64,000 bases of DNA from Paramecium tetraurelia. Its lineage: Eukaryota. A program made the translations under genes and the position numbers. This document shows, piece after piece, positions 24,544-37,859 of the stretch (positions are counted from its first letter, which is position 1; every line of letters begins with the position of its first letter). Location of the stretch: assembly GCA_000165425.1 (NCBI GenBank), contig CT868660.1, forward strand, positions 372,001-436,000, in the 5' to 3' direction. The notes beneath the pieces were generated by a model that saw only the letters and a list, made by a program, of their open reading frames with translations, did no database searches and had not been told where the DNA came from.

Positions 24544-26192
24544 TCAAATGGACTGCCAAAAGTTTTATCGTAATTTCAAATTATTTAATTATATTTAGGC
24601 TAATCTATTAATCATCAATAGATACAATTGATATCTTTCCTTAAAATAACTTAAAATATATAATCTTATTTTACTTATCAATATAATATTGAGCATATGA
24701 TTTTATTAGAATACTCCAAATGGATGAAATAGACTGAAATTAAGTTTTAGCAATTGCTTATTCCTCTTACTTAAGTTTTTAACTCATAATTTTCTATTCC
24801 AATTTATTTTTCTATTATTCAAGATCTTTGATATAATTCATGCACTAAGACATAGCACTAGCTTCTCTCTATTCAGTTACAAAATAATCGTAAACATCAT
24901 TCATAGTATCAATTTACATTTATAAACCCCTATCAATAGAATTTGATTTTCTTCTTTAAATAATTTCCTCTGACTACAAATTAAGATGAATCAAATGCAA
25001 CTCTGGAAGAATATATTTAGATAGGTAATTTACATTCTTAGAATGCTATTCAAATAGCTTTTTGATATCTGAAAAATCACTAATCTTCAATTATTCTAAT
25101 TTTGACATCAAAAGTGAAAAATCGTTACATTTTTATCTCTATTATTCATTTACTGATTCTTTAGTTTCAAATTCTTCAAAACTCTATTTGTACCTTAAAT
25201 CGATCTAATCAATGCTCGTTTGTTGAGTCATCTCCTTCAATTTATTTTATACATAATCCATTTCTTAATTGCTATCCTTATTTGTTTTTGTTATAAAAAC
25301 ATTGAATTCTATGGATTATGCAAAATACGTTATCTTAGATAGTTTCATCAAAAAGTATTCGATAGCCTTCCTCATATTCTCTATATGTTCATTTGAGTAA
25401 TCTTCAAAAGTTGATTTGTTCATCAATGGTGGAATATATACTCCAGGCCTAAACTTTAATTATTCTGCTTATTATACCATCTCAGCTGCAATATTTATCG
25501 TAATTACAATACATCCTAAAACCTTCTAATCACTTCTTGTTCTGTGCTATCTACTATGCGGAATTAAACAAATTTATTAGTTAGTCCTTATTATATAATT
25601 TATGGATCACACACTCTATATTACTTTCCTACATATTCAAACTTGCTGTTTTTTTGATTACCTTCATTTTAGGACAAGTATAATTAATATAATTATGATT
25701 AATATTGAGTTTATTGTTCAACCAAAGGAACTATTTGCCACTCCAAAAACTATAATTATTATTTGTATCCTCCTGCTATTGCCCCTAATTGATAATTTTA
25801 TTCCACTTTAAATTCCTTCTTCTCTCCATCCTTTTATCCAATCTAAATTTATTGCTTATTTGTCTGTATTTCTAATCGATTTATGCCAATCTCATTTTAA
25901 TACCATGTCAAATGAATTATGTATTCACTATTATCCAAAACTAATTTTTGTTCACTCACTCCAAACATTTTTGATGATCTATAATCAATTTACATAAATA
26001 CTTGTGCTCCTTGCATTTTATTATTGATTGAGAACTAAATGAATAATAATAATTTTGGATGCCTAAAATCCCTTAACTTGTAAAAAAGATCTTTATAGTG
26101 TGAATCTTATAAGGAATCAAGGTTTATAAGTCAATTGAATCATCAAAATACTTAAGATCTCCCTATTTGATTCCAAGAATTATGGATTCCAT
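24544..26192 (-). CDS. Jacalin-like domain + PX domain + helical (BAR-like) C-terminus; sorting-nexin-like
   Basis: N-term FDD..I.TI.I...ILGIQ..Y...EYI.....INRLEIQTNK...G...F; PX VIRRFQDVLQLRQILQLRWPGVYIPPL...EHIENMRKAIEYFL...EFNVF. Confidence 0.8.
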
Positions 26193-26409
26193 AGAAATTT
26201 AATTAATGATAATTTCAACGCAGTTAACTACTCAATTTATTAGATATAGAAAATAACTTTGAGTGAGTTATTTTAAATTTACATCAACATGAAGTTATAC
26301 TTCTAAAACGAAACCATGTTCCTAATGAAAATAAGTATGATATCTCAAATATTTTATATAAAAAGGATAAATAAATATTTTCTTAAGCTATATTTATTAT
26401 ATGAAAATA

Positions 26410-28781
26410 TCATGGCAACTTTTTTAAGAAATTAGCTTTTGGTGCTTCTAAAGGATGCTAATTATATCTAATTTTAGGCTATTCTTATTCCTATTATTAT
26501 GGAGAGGTAGACTATAATTATTATAAAGTTGGTGAATTTTATGATATCTTTTATTATTATTATTATTGTTATTATTATTGTTATTATTGTTATTATTATA
26601 GCTATTATTACTACTGTTATTATTATTATTAAGTTTATGTTGTTATTATAGTTATTGGTTATTATTATACAGTGGATGTTTAATATTATGGAATGTTTGA
26701 TTGAACTTAAGTTTGAGGTTAAATTACTTCCTTTTAAAGAGTTTCGGAACCAATATTTACTTAATTGTTATTTGTCTTTTAAGCATGAATATTAGAATTT
26801 GCTTACAATGGGTTTTTTTTATCAAACATAACTACTTTTGTTTATATAATATTTCCTTATTGATTCAAATTTGTTTATGGTTAATGATATAATGATTGCA
26901 AAACTGATAAAGAACTTACTTTTTGATTTGGTTCAATTTTACCATCATTTTCAGCAAACTTAATCAGTTCCTATGTCTATAGATCATAAAGCTAAAATAC
27001 TCTTGCATACTTCACTAGTACATTCTTTATCTCTTATTTATCTACTCTAAAATTTAATAATTATATCTACTTAAAATTGATCATATCAAGGGTTAATGTC
27101 AATAAATTATTATAAATAACATTTTTATCCTTCAATATCTATTCATTTTAAAATTGAACTGTATCTTTAGTTGTAGCTGACTTGTCTATTTCCGTCTCAA
27201 TTGTTGTATAAATTAGCCCTTCCCATAAATCAATTTATTTCCAAATCTACATTGATATTAAGCTATCCTATAAGAAAAATCTTTTCTCATGTTCATCAAT
27301 TGTGTATATAGTTGAAATCATAGTGATAATTCTTTTGACTAAAGTTAATTCTCCCTCCTTTTATGATATCTCTAATAGTTTCTGAGTGAAGATGTGCATA
27401 TTTTTGAATCCATAAGAACTTAAATTGGAGCAACTTAATAAATACATCTAAAGTATACCCTGCCTGTCGAAATGACTCAAGAATAATGCAGCCCAATTCT
27501 CTAAAGAACTTTTACTCAAAAATTTCATCTAAATTGTTTTTTTGTAATTCAGGTATATTCTTCCACCCTTTGATCTATTGATCTTAGGTTTATTAAATCA
27601 CATATTTGATGAAACTATAAACATTAACTAACTATTATTCGCCATATTAATCTTTATATTTATTTACCATTTATTGAACCCCAGCTGGTTGTTCATCAGC
27701 ATTCTTTGGTTTACTTTTATTGTAGACTTTTCCAATCAATTTAATTGTTACTATTTTTAAATCATCAATGAATTCAGGATTGGCTAGGAACAGATCAAAA
27801 GAATCCAGATTTTCTACTTATGCCTAGGATTAAGTAGTTTCTCTTTTAATGTTCAATCTATGATTGAGTGAGATTTTATCTGCAATATTCCTTAAAAATG
27901 AAGAATTTAATTGAGAATTAACTTTGTTATAATTCTCCTTAGAAATTCCTATCTAACTTGAGGGACCTGGAGCTATTGGATCATTCTGAGGGTCCAAATA
28001 TATCTCAGCCTATTTAAAGAACTATTCACTATCATATTATAGATTTCTAGTTTTGGATATCTCATAAACCAAGATCTTCATTACAATATCCTAATACAAT
28101 ATTGTTATACTTTAGCAATTGCAAATATCTGATTATATGATGTAGTCAGTTACTAAATTCCATTCTACAAAGAAGTGCAATATGATTGAACAGCTTGATT
28201 ATAAACTGATGCTGCCTATCTCAACACAGATTCATTCTCTTATTTGTATTACAATTGAGAATTTAATCTGTGCTATGCTTTTGTTCTCTATTCCATATTG
28301 CACTCTTTGTTCCAACACAACGCTTCTAATGTGATTGCAGATTCTTCATAATCCTTCGATGCCCTGACTGTCTTATCCTTCTGACGATCGTACTTATCAC
28401 AGGTTATTTTGATTTCTTTATCCATTTTTAATACATCTTGGATGAGTGGTTTGAATTGACTTTGGATTTATCTAAGCTCATTGATGGCTTACTCTACATC
28501 ATGCTTGTACGATTAATTGAATTGCTTAGTTACAAATACCCACATACCTTATAGTACTGGGCCCTTTGATTCAGATCTATTTTGACTCCTCTGATCAAAT
28601 CGTCAATGTCTCCTCCTCCATTTTGCATTTATCCACTTATTTTCTCTAATGCTTTGTGATACTTCTCTTCGGCTTCTGATCTTTCAAAAAGCTGGCCCAA
28701 CATCACTTCTGTTACCCTGCTTCTGTCATTTACCCTTCGATATAGAACATCGAAATTTGTAGCTAATTATTTAATATTCAT
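26410..28781 (-). CDS. F-BAR (FCH) domain protein with possible SBF2-like region and poly-Q tail
   Basis: FDVLYRRV...FERSEAEEKYHKALEKI (FCH motif); long helical region; IWKQIDLWE motif; Q-rich C-terminus. Confidence 0.75.
26545..26670 (-). repeat. Coding TAA/CAA/TAG trinucleotide-rich tract encoding poly-Gln
   Basis: Runs of tta/ttg on the + strand inside the F-BAR gene tail. Confidence 0.8.
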
Positions 28782-28833
28782 TATTAATTATAAGTTGTTC
28801 CATTAGATTAATTTAATATATCAAATAAATTTA

Positions 28834-29556
28834 ATGTATTATTAAGAAAATTTGAGAAAAGCTCGTGAGTACCTGAACAAAAGATAAAAACAAATCGATC
28901 ATCTGACTCGTAAACCCATTTAGGCTTAAGGTGTTAACATAAGACAAATATTTGCTATTTTGAGATCCAAAGACAGAAATGAAAAAAGTGAGAGTAGATA
29001 ATTAAAAACAATATATTAAGACAAGAAAGAAGATAATAATGGCGCACCACTTATTGTTATCACATCTTAAAATCCAGACCAAAGAGACTCTAATCATTCG
29101 ATAGCAGCTAAACTTATAAGGCTTAATAAAATAACTCGAAATAAAACTGAAATTACTCCCACCCAATATAATTTTGTAGATAGAATTGTTGAACCTACAA
29201 ATAGAAAACCTGAAATCCATTCAGAATAAATTTCACCGTTGAGAATGCGTAAAAATGCTCCCGGTAATTTAACAGACAGAAGATAAGTGATTTTAAAAAA
29301 TAAAGAAGCCATTCATCAAAAAGGTTATCATGTTTAAAATTAAAAATCCCAATGTTGTATATTAACCCATCAATTAATTCACTCAGAACAAACTACACCT
29401 AGCTTCAGAAGGTTAAATTAAACCTCTTATTAATGCGATAAAACTAAGATTTTCAACAAAATTAAAAATTAGCCTTTAGAAAATGAAATCAAGCTCATTA
29501 GATAAATTAGTGGTTGGACTATCTAAAGTTAAGAAAGTATTTAAACACCTAAATGA
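28834..29556 (+). CDS. Hypothetical basic/polar protein (about 240 aa)
   Basis: ATG 28834 to TGA 29554-29556, 723 nt, multiple of 3. Confidence 0.65.
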
Positions 29557-30271
29557 AAAAATTGTAATATATTTCTCCATCTTTAATTTCAATAAATGCC
29601 TATTTAATATATCTATTTTTTTATACATTATTTATATTCCACAATAAAAAAACTAAATAAATATTTACTTAATAGTAAACAAATCTATTGTAAATTAAGT
29701 TTATAATTCCAAATTATCAGTATAGATTATAATTTTTATCTTTTACATTTTATTTTACATCTATATATCTATAATTTTAAGTTTAATAATATATTGGTAA
29801 TTAGATATTATTATCGAAATATGAGAAGCTAATTTCTTGTGTATACAAAAGATTTTTTAACTTTGCAAACAAGTACGAAAATTATGATTTCTTATCAATT
29901 AATTTATAATCACATTTAAGAAAAATTAAATCTATTAATTTACTTTTTATAAGTATAGAATCCATAAATTAATGCTCTATCAGATGTCCTTCAATTGCTG
30001 AATTTGAATGTCAAACTAAATATTTATTCACAAGACTTACCAGAACTCCTTTCTCTTTTTAATCAATTACATCTTTAGGGGTCGGTCTTTCACTGTGAAA
30101 GATTTGATTTCCTTGATTAATCAATGCGCATAAATTTTGAATTAAAATGAATCCATTTATTTCAAACTAGTTTTTTCTTCACATGATTATTTCACATTTG
30201 AATAGGAGATATATTCATTCAAGATTTAAGTTAATACAATTATTAGAGTAATAATTTATAATTTTAATAAA

Positions 30272-31801
30272 ATGTCTCAAATTCGAAAATAGACAGGTAA
30301 AATTAAGTTAAGTATTTGTAGAACTGTATGTTTGGGGAAGTAATATTTTTATTTAATATAAAAAGATTGCTAGTTTGGCTAATTAGGATTAGGGGATGAG
30401 TATATTAAATAAAATGTAAATAATCCAAAATGTTGTTCATATAAAATTATTGTGGTCAAAATTGCCTGCGGTTTTCAACATTCATGCCTATTAGTAAATA
30501 ATGGAGGCTTATACACTATGGGTTTGAATGAACAAGGACAATTAGGTCTCAACACGTAATTGGAATTTAAATTTGAATTTAGGCAACTCTCGTACATCTC
30601 TACTCCCTAATTAATTGAACTAAAAGGACCATTTATTAGAGTCAAAGCAGCTGCTAATTATACTGTGGCTTAAAGAGATACAGGAGAACTTTACACATGG
30701 GGATAAAATTAAGCATTTAACATCCATACTAATTAACCATAATTACTCAAAATTAAGAAGATCAATTAGTTTTCATGTGGAGAGCATCACATGGGATTAA
30801 TAGATTTTAATTGTTAATTATATATGTGTGGATCTAATGATTATGGTTAATTGGGTTTGAATTGTTATGAAAGTGTAAGAGAAATTAAGAATATTCTAGT
30901 TTGTGCCTTAATAAGTATAAAGTTTAGAGAAATACGATAAAGTCAAATGTGGTTTAACTCATACATTGGTTTTAAACAATGGATAAGTCTATTCCTTTGG
31001 ATCGAATAAAACTGGCGAATTAGGAAATGGGAAATAGTAACACTCGTATAACTAATTAAAACCTCTGAAAATTTAAAATGTAAATAAGATATATGCATCT
31101 AATTTTTCTGCAGCCATCACTTCGAAAAATGAACTATATTTATGGGGAGTATTTTAATTATAATAAATTAGTCTGGAATATTTGGAGAATTCCTTGTTCC
31201 TACCAAAATTGATTTTGCAAATTAGATCAAGAAAATTAAACTAGGGAATGGTTTTGGTTGTATATTAGACGATGATGGATAAATCTATTCTTGGGGAAAA
31301 AATTCATCAGGGGAATTAGCTCAAAAAGATTTCATTCCTAGAACAGATATTTAACATATAAAACAGCTAAAAAACAAATAAATTAAGACTTTTGATTGTG
31401 GTTAGAATTTTGTTGTGTGCATAAGCCAAATATAAGAGATATCCATAAATTATGATTAAATTATCAAAGAAAATGATCAACTCAAATAAAAACTATTATA
31501 AATGGAAACTATTTTTAAAAATTAAAAAATGAAATCTTAGGCTGATTTATAATACACCATGTAGCAAGAATGTAAAAGTTTTGATTTAGGAATTATTTAA
31601 GATTAATTGGAACAAAAATAGAAAATCATATAAGAATAGGAAAAAATAATATAAAGCTAAAAGGATAGAATAATATTCTTGGAATCAGAGCTTTATTATT
31701 ATTAAAATAAAGAGAATGTTAATGAAAATTCAGTCACGTATCCATTTAAAAAAGATGCGAAAAATTAAAACAAGCTATCTTATGATTTTTATAATTAATG
31801 A
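30272..31801 (+). CDS. RCC1-repeat protein with C-terminal coiled coil
   Basis: LYVWG...GQLGLG, IACGFQHS, YTMGLNEQGQLG, SCGEHH, CGSNDYGQLG, WGKNSSGEL; multiple tiny introns. Confidence 0.88.
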
Positions 31802-31946
31802 AATAGTAATTATCAATTGTCAATGAGTCTTTTCTATTCCTTAATCCCTTTTAGTTACTGATTTACTATTTATTTTTAATAGAATATTTTTTTAAAAGCA
31901 ATTAAGGTTTTAAAAACATTTCTTTTTTTTCATTTTATCTTTAAAT

Positions 31947-33208
31947 ATGAATAGAATATCGCCAGATAATAACAATGTGCTCGAATTAAATTAAAAGGAT
32001 ATTGTTAAACTTTATTTTGGAATTCAAAAATCGTTGATAAAAAAAGAAGATAACTAAAATGAAATTTAAGATGAAGAAAATGAAAATTAACATGAAAATT
32101 TAAATGAGGCTAATGAAAATTAAGAAGGGAATAATAAAAATTAAGATGGGAATAATGAAAATTAAGAAGGGAATGATGAAAATTAAGATGAGAATAATTA
32201 AAATTAGGATGAAAAAAAAGAAAAAATAGGAAACCTTAAGATTGACTTTGATCAACTAAAAAAGAAAATTGAAGAGGACAATCGCTTAGAACAAGAGTAA
32301 AAAACAGCTTACAAGAGCATAATAGATAATCATTCAAATGGGAAAAGTACTGCTGATGCTTATGTATAATAAAATTAATTTAGATCGAAATTTAAAGTGA
32401 TGCATCTTACAATTTTTATTTAAAAAAATATAAAGTGACAACTACAGATAGGAGGCGTCAAGATACAAAGGGTTAATAAAGTTCTTAAGAAAAAATTAGA
32501 TATTATGCATTTCGGTTTAGAATGTAACCTACAAATTATACATCTAATGTAAATGAAGAAAAATTGAATTACTTGAAATACTTATCATCCTCTAAGTTTA
32601 TACTAAGAGGGAAATATGGTTAAATCAATGAGGTCAATTATTAAATTGAGATACCATTAAGCTTCAAACTCTCAACAGGAGTTTATGAATATAGAAAACC
32701 AAATCTAAAGTTATATAGAAGCTAAAACGAAGTAATCCCAATAAATATTGAATGGAAAAATTAATAGAAAAAAATTATAATAACTTTGTATGCTAAAGAT
32801 GGTATAAATAATGTTGCAATTAAGGCCGTATTATACTCGAGAATTATTATTAAAGAAAGTAATGATTATGTTGCTTAAACTCATAAGATTTTAAAAGAAG
32901 ACCAAATAACTAGAGAAAATACCGAAAAATCTTTGGTCTTAACTTTGGACAATATTGAGAAAAATTACCCACCTTTATTCTTTGGAGATAAAATTATATC
33001 ACATCACATTGTGATATTAACTCTAGATTTTAAGATTAGGTGTTTTAGTGATTTATTTAAGAAAAATTTTTTTTAAATTTAAATACCTGTAGATTTAGAC
33101 CCTAAAGTTTAAGTTGTTGAAAATCTAACTAAGTTATATCGAGAAAATTATTTTGATAAAATCAGTGTGCTAGACAAAACATACTAAGATTATTAAAAAT
33201 TCATCTGA
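31947..33208 (+). CDS. Divergent alpha-arrestin-like protein with internal acidic repeat
   Basis: RYYAFRFRMQP..TS, GQI..VNYQIE and PPLFFGDKIISHHIVILTL...IQIPV resemble arrestin N/C motifs; one 20-nt intron. Confidence 0.5.
32112..32213 (+). repeat. About 5 imperfect 21-nt tandem repeats encoding NENQ(E/D)GN-like units
   Basis: aatgaaaattaagaagggaat / aataaaaattaagatgggaat / aatgaaaattaagaagggaat / gatgaaaattaagatgagaat. Confidence 0.85.
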
Positions 33209-33969
33209 AGAATGATATTAATATATTTATGGGATTCAATTATTCCACAATTTATAAATAAATTTAGAACGTATTATTATTATGCATGTTCTTAAAAATA
33301 TTAATTTATTCTCTAATATGTTAATCAATTATTTTATTAAGGAGGTTCTTATTTAAACAGGATTTTGGATAATTATATAAATTTAAAAGAAAATCACCTA
33401 AAACGGCATCTCTTGTTATTATATACTTTAATAATTATTCAAGATGATATTTATGAATTATTTCTTTCTATAATGATTAGTCAATATTCTTTAAATACAT
33501 TTTAAGATTATGAAATAGATATTCTATAGATTTATTTTAGTTATAATATATTTAAATTATTATACCCAATACAGGATTTGATCTTTTTTAATCTGATGTC
33601 ATGCTTGCTTATCACTTAACTTAACATCCAGTCTTTAAATAATTCAAATAATTGAGAAGATTTATTTTTAACAGAGGTATTCGAAATAATTTCAAGTACA
33701 TTCACACATAGGCTCAATTCTAAAGAATAATCTACATCAGATTGTTTATAATATTTAAATAAATTATATTATGTACAGTACTTAAACTTCCTAAAAATAT
33801 TATTTATGAATATCAAACACTTTTTATTATAGATGCAATTAACAGAAAAGAATTTTAGATTCTTTCAACTTGATATTGATTGGTCATCCACAACAAATTA
33901 ATTTAATGTTGATGCGGTTGATTATTTGTATTGATTATTTATTAAATAATTACAGATTAGTCAGGTAGC

Positions 33970-35096
33970 ATGGGATCACAGTGTAACAATTGTAAATGTG
34001 AAAAGGATAAATATATGGATATTGAAAAAGCAGTAATTGAAAATCTCTCATTATATACTTTTAGGAATATGTAGTCGTTGTAGCTACATCTTCTTAGAAA
34101 TCAGCATCAAAAGCAATTGTAAAAAATAAAATGGCAACAACCATTTAAAAATATTGGCGAGGCTATTATGTTAGAAAAAAGCTTACTTACTAAAAAATAA
34201 TTGAATCGATTCCTTAAAAAACTATGAACACTCATGATGTTGATCAATAGCAATAATTTGAATCAGGAATAACTATAAACCAAGATGAATTCGAGAGAGA
34301 AACACGGCCACCTTATAAGTATACAAATAAAAAGTATAAGATTCAAAGGTGGAGCAGTCTATACAGGAGAATGGAAAGGATAAGCCAGGGATGGAGCAGG
34401 CATACAAGTCTGGTCAGATGGAGCAAAATATGAAGGGGAATGGAAACACAATAAAGCTTAAGGGAAAGGCAAATTCACCCACTCAAATGGAGACACCTAT
34501 GACGGAGAGTGGGAGAATGATATGGCAAATGGATATGGAACCTATTAGCATATTGGAGGAGCAAAATACGAAGGATAATGGTTCAATGATAAATAGCATG
34601 GATACGGGCATGAAGTGTGGCCGGATGGGTCATCCTATCAAGGATTCTTTCAAAATAGTGTTAAACATGGAAAAGGTAATTATATTTTAGAAGTAAGGCA
34701 AATATATATGGCCAAGTGGATAGTATTTTGAAGGGGATTGGGTTAATAATAAATTAAGTGGATAGGGTGTTCTAGTTTGGCCAGATGGTAGAAAATATGA
34801 AGGAGAGTTCTAGAATAATAATATGCATGGAAAGGGAACTTATACTTGGCCAGATGGGAGAAAATATTATGGCTAATACTTTAATGATTAGAAACATGTA
34901 CATCTTAAGCATTTAATGAAAGGGTTATGGAATTTATGAGTGGAGTGATGGAAGGAGATATGAAGGAGAGTGGGAAGATGGAAAATAACATGGAAAGGGA
35001 TTGTACGTGGTTGGAGAACTTGAAAGAACAGGGGAATGGTTGAATGGGAAACGAATTAGATGGGATGATGAAAAGAGAACAGATTATAAAAAATGA
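33970..35096 (+). CDS. MORN-repeat protein with predicted N-terminal myristoylation/palmitoylation (MGSQCNNCKC)
   Basis: Repeated Y.GEW......G.G....DG..YEG units; N-terminal Gly2 followed by Cys residues. Confidence 0.9.
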
Positions 35097-35116
35097 ATTT
35101 CAAATTACTAAATTTT

Positions 35117-36575
35117 TCAATATTCTACCATATAATTATAATCATCTTGTATTTTTTATAAAGATTCAAAAGCATTGTCGAAATCTTGATTCTCTAAGCC
35201 ATACTTCCAATACCAATGCAAATATGCTCCACTTCTATATTTCTAATAGGCAATTTTACTGACATTCTTTAATATTGGAATGATTTTGGTTGAATTTATT
35301 AAAGTGACATTCATTTTTTAATCATGTCCTTTGACTGAAGACTTTTCATTAATAAAATGCAATTAAACTGCATCAGGATTCCACTGAACAGGATTAAAAA
35401 CAGAATTAATTTTCCTTTCCAAAAATTTCATATGAGAATCTGAATCTTATAAGGTCTTCAAAACATTTTCTGATCTAAATACAGATTAAAGGTTCAAAGT
35501 AGTTTCTCCTTTCTTTTAAACTGATTGAATCTATAGAGATTTTGCTACTGCCTCTCCAATTTGTTGTTATTAATCACTGTCATCTTCAAATTTTTCAAAT
35601 GCATACTATTCCAAAGAACTTTTAATCAAATCTTCCCAAGTACACAATGGTCCCAAATTTGAATGGGAAAATAATGTAAATGGAGCTGAAACTACTTCAA
35701 TGAATTTATGACCTTCAGTTATGCAACATTCAGATAATAGATCTTAATAATATCGAACATTAGTGGAATTATCATTTATCCAAAATAAGTTCATTAGACA
35801 AGATCCTATATATTCATTTACATTTGATAAATCCACACTTTTATCGATTTGCTTTGATCCAATCTAACTTAACATTTAATATATCCTGTCATTCTCAAAA
35901 TAAATAATTGAATCTGCATACTATTAAATATGTGCTGATGATAAAAGTGTGTTATAATGTTAAAGAGGTGTTTCACCAGTCTTATTTGGAAATATTGCTA
36001 TTACATTCTAATGAACTTCTTAAAATATATCAGAAAATTCTTAGATTACTCTACTACCTAGACCGGATCCAGTGCCACCAGCTAGACTCATTATTGTAGA
36101 AATGCTTAAAAAATAATCGGTTTTTTCTATTTCTTTTCTTGCTTAATTAATAATTTATTCCACTATTTGCTCATTTTCTTAGCAATATTACTGGATTGAA
36201 ACTTCATTAGTTGAAGACTTAAAAACTGAAATAGCTTGCTACTAATTTGATTTAGATAGTTTAGATTTCTATTTAAAATTAAGATAACCTAAGCCCCAAT
36301 TATTACCTCTACCATATTAATAGTAAAGAACATTTTTGACATCAATATGAGAGTACAACTTTCTATCCTTTTTTATTATGTTATCTATAACATACTTCAA
36401 CAATGGGTTTCAATATTTTTGGTTCTGTATCAACTAGAATAGTGTGATATATATTTGATTCTCTTCTTCTCAAAAACATGTTTCCCTCATGCATCGAAGA
36501 TTTATCAATTAGATTAAACATTTGTAATGCAAGTTGATTTCCACATTATCCTAAGTTCAATAGTAAAGTTCCCAT
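35117..36575 (-). CDS. Eta/zeta-class (divergent centriolar) tubulin
   Basis: MGTLLLNLGQCGNQL, ILVDTEPK, GRGNNWGLGY, SLAGGTGSGLGSR, GAYLHWYWKYG. Confidence 0.85.
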
Positions 36576-36648
36576 TGAAATTTTATATTTTAATTTAATA
36601 TTAATCGAATAAAATAATTTAAAAACATAACACTGATTTAGAATAAAA

Positions 36649-37723
36649 TCACTTGCTCTATTGTTTATCCTAGATTTCTTACACTTCCTAACCTCCGTTC
36701 TCATTTTCTTGTTGTAATTCCTCATCCATATCTCCAGAAACTCCTTTGGGCTATGTTCCCAATTTTCCAAAGTTTTATTCTTCTGGGGCCGTATTCTCAT
36801 TCTGAGAGTTCTGTATGGGTGAACTTTTATCTTACTATTAATTTGCTTCTGGTTCAGTTTCTATCTTATCTTTATTGTCTTCTTTACTTTCTTCCAAAAT
36901 ATCTTTAGTATTTTAAGTAAGAATGTCAGTTTTTTATTCTTCTTCCTTTTCTCCATTCTCTTATTAGATTTTATCATCATTATTTTCTTTAGATGGTCCT
37001 ATATCTTAATTTTTTTTAAGTTGTTTCGTGAAATCCGGATTGAAGTTCGTTATTAACTATTCTTCACAAAATTTTTTCCTTTCCCTAATTTTTAATATAA
37101 AGTTTGTACTATATTTTTTTCTTAAGTTCTTCAGCAGTAGGTTTTGGATATGGTTTTTCACGAATGTCATTGAATTCTTTGTCCACCGCTTGAATTCCCC
37201 AAATCACTTTATCCAAAGATTTTTCATTGAATTATGCCTCCCTATCTACTTGTTACAGAGGTAGCTATTTAAACTCTTTGTTATTTTTAAAATCTTTATT
37301 CTTATAAAATTCACAGATTTGAGAAATAATTGGATGTGTGTGGTTTTTTTTTTATCCATCTTCATTTGTTTCAAAAACCTCTTTAAAAATTTTAATTGCT
37401 TCTTCGCTACAATCCTTAAATACTTTTTCATGAGTATTTTTATTTGTATTATATTAATCAAAATTAATCCCATAAGATAAATTCGCTTATAAAATCGCTT
37501 TATTGAAAGCTATAGGTAGGTAAGATTAACGCTTATCATCTACGTATTTGAAGGTTTCTATGGTTTGTTCAAGTTCACCTAGCATTAACAATGTATTTTC
37601 CAAATCTTTATATATATAGTATTGGATCTCTCTTTGGATTTAATCTACTTTCTGTAATTAATCTTATTGTTGTTGTTATCCTGTTACTTGCTTGTTTTGA
37701 TTATTTTTCTGATTCCCCTTCAT
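36649..37723 (-). CDS. Hypothetical protein with acidic tail; paralog of the adjacent 37860-38563 gene
   Basis: Continuous frame with one 25-nt intron (37085-37109); shared motifs NKAILQANLS, AQFNEKSLDKV, IQ|ER. Confidence 0.75.
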
Positions 37724-37859
37724 TAATTAAATTATCCTATAGCCATTAGATTGCTTAAATTTAAAAAAGTATTCTATTATAAAATATCCTTGATAATAGA
37801 ATAAAATCTAATATAATTTATTGGAAACTATACCTAAAAAATAATAATTTTTATAGGTA

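Noticed and set aside
29960..30220. Possible GAPDH-like pseudogene fragment on the minus strand
   Set aside because: Resemblance too weak and split across frames.
32112..32213. 21-nt repeats as a CRISPR-like array
   Set aside because: No spacers; in-frame coding minisatellite in a eukaryotic gene.
32760..32870. FVCQRWYKQCCNQGR as a transposase-type zinc finger
   Set aside because: It lies in an alternative frame that stops shortly after; the continuous frame is different.
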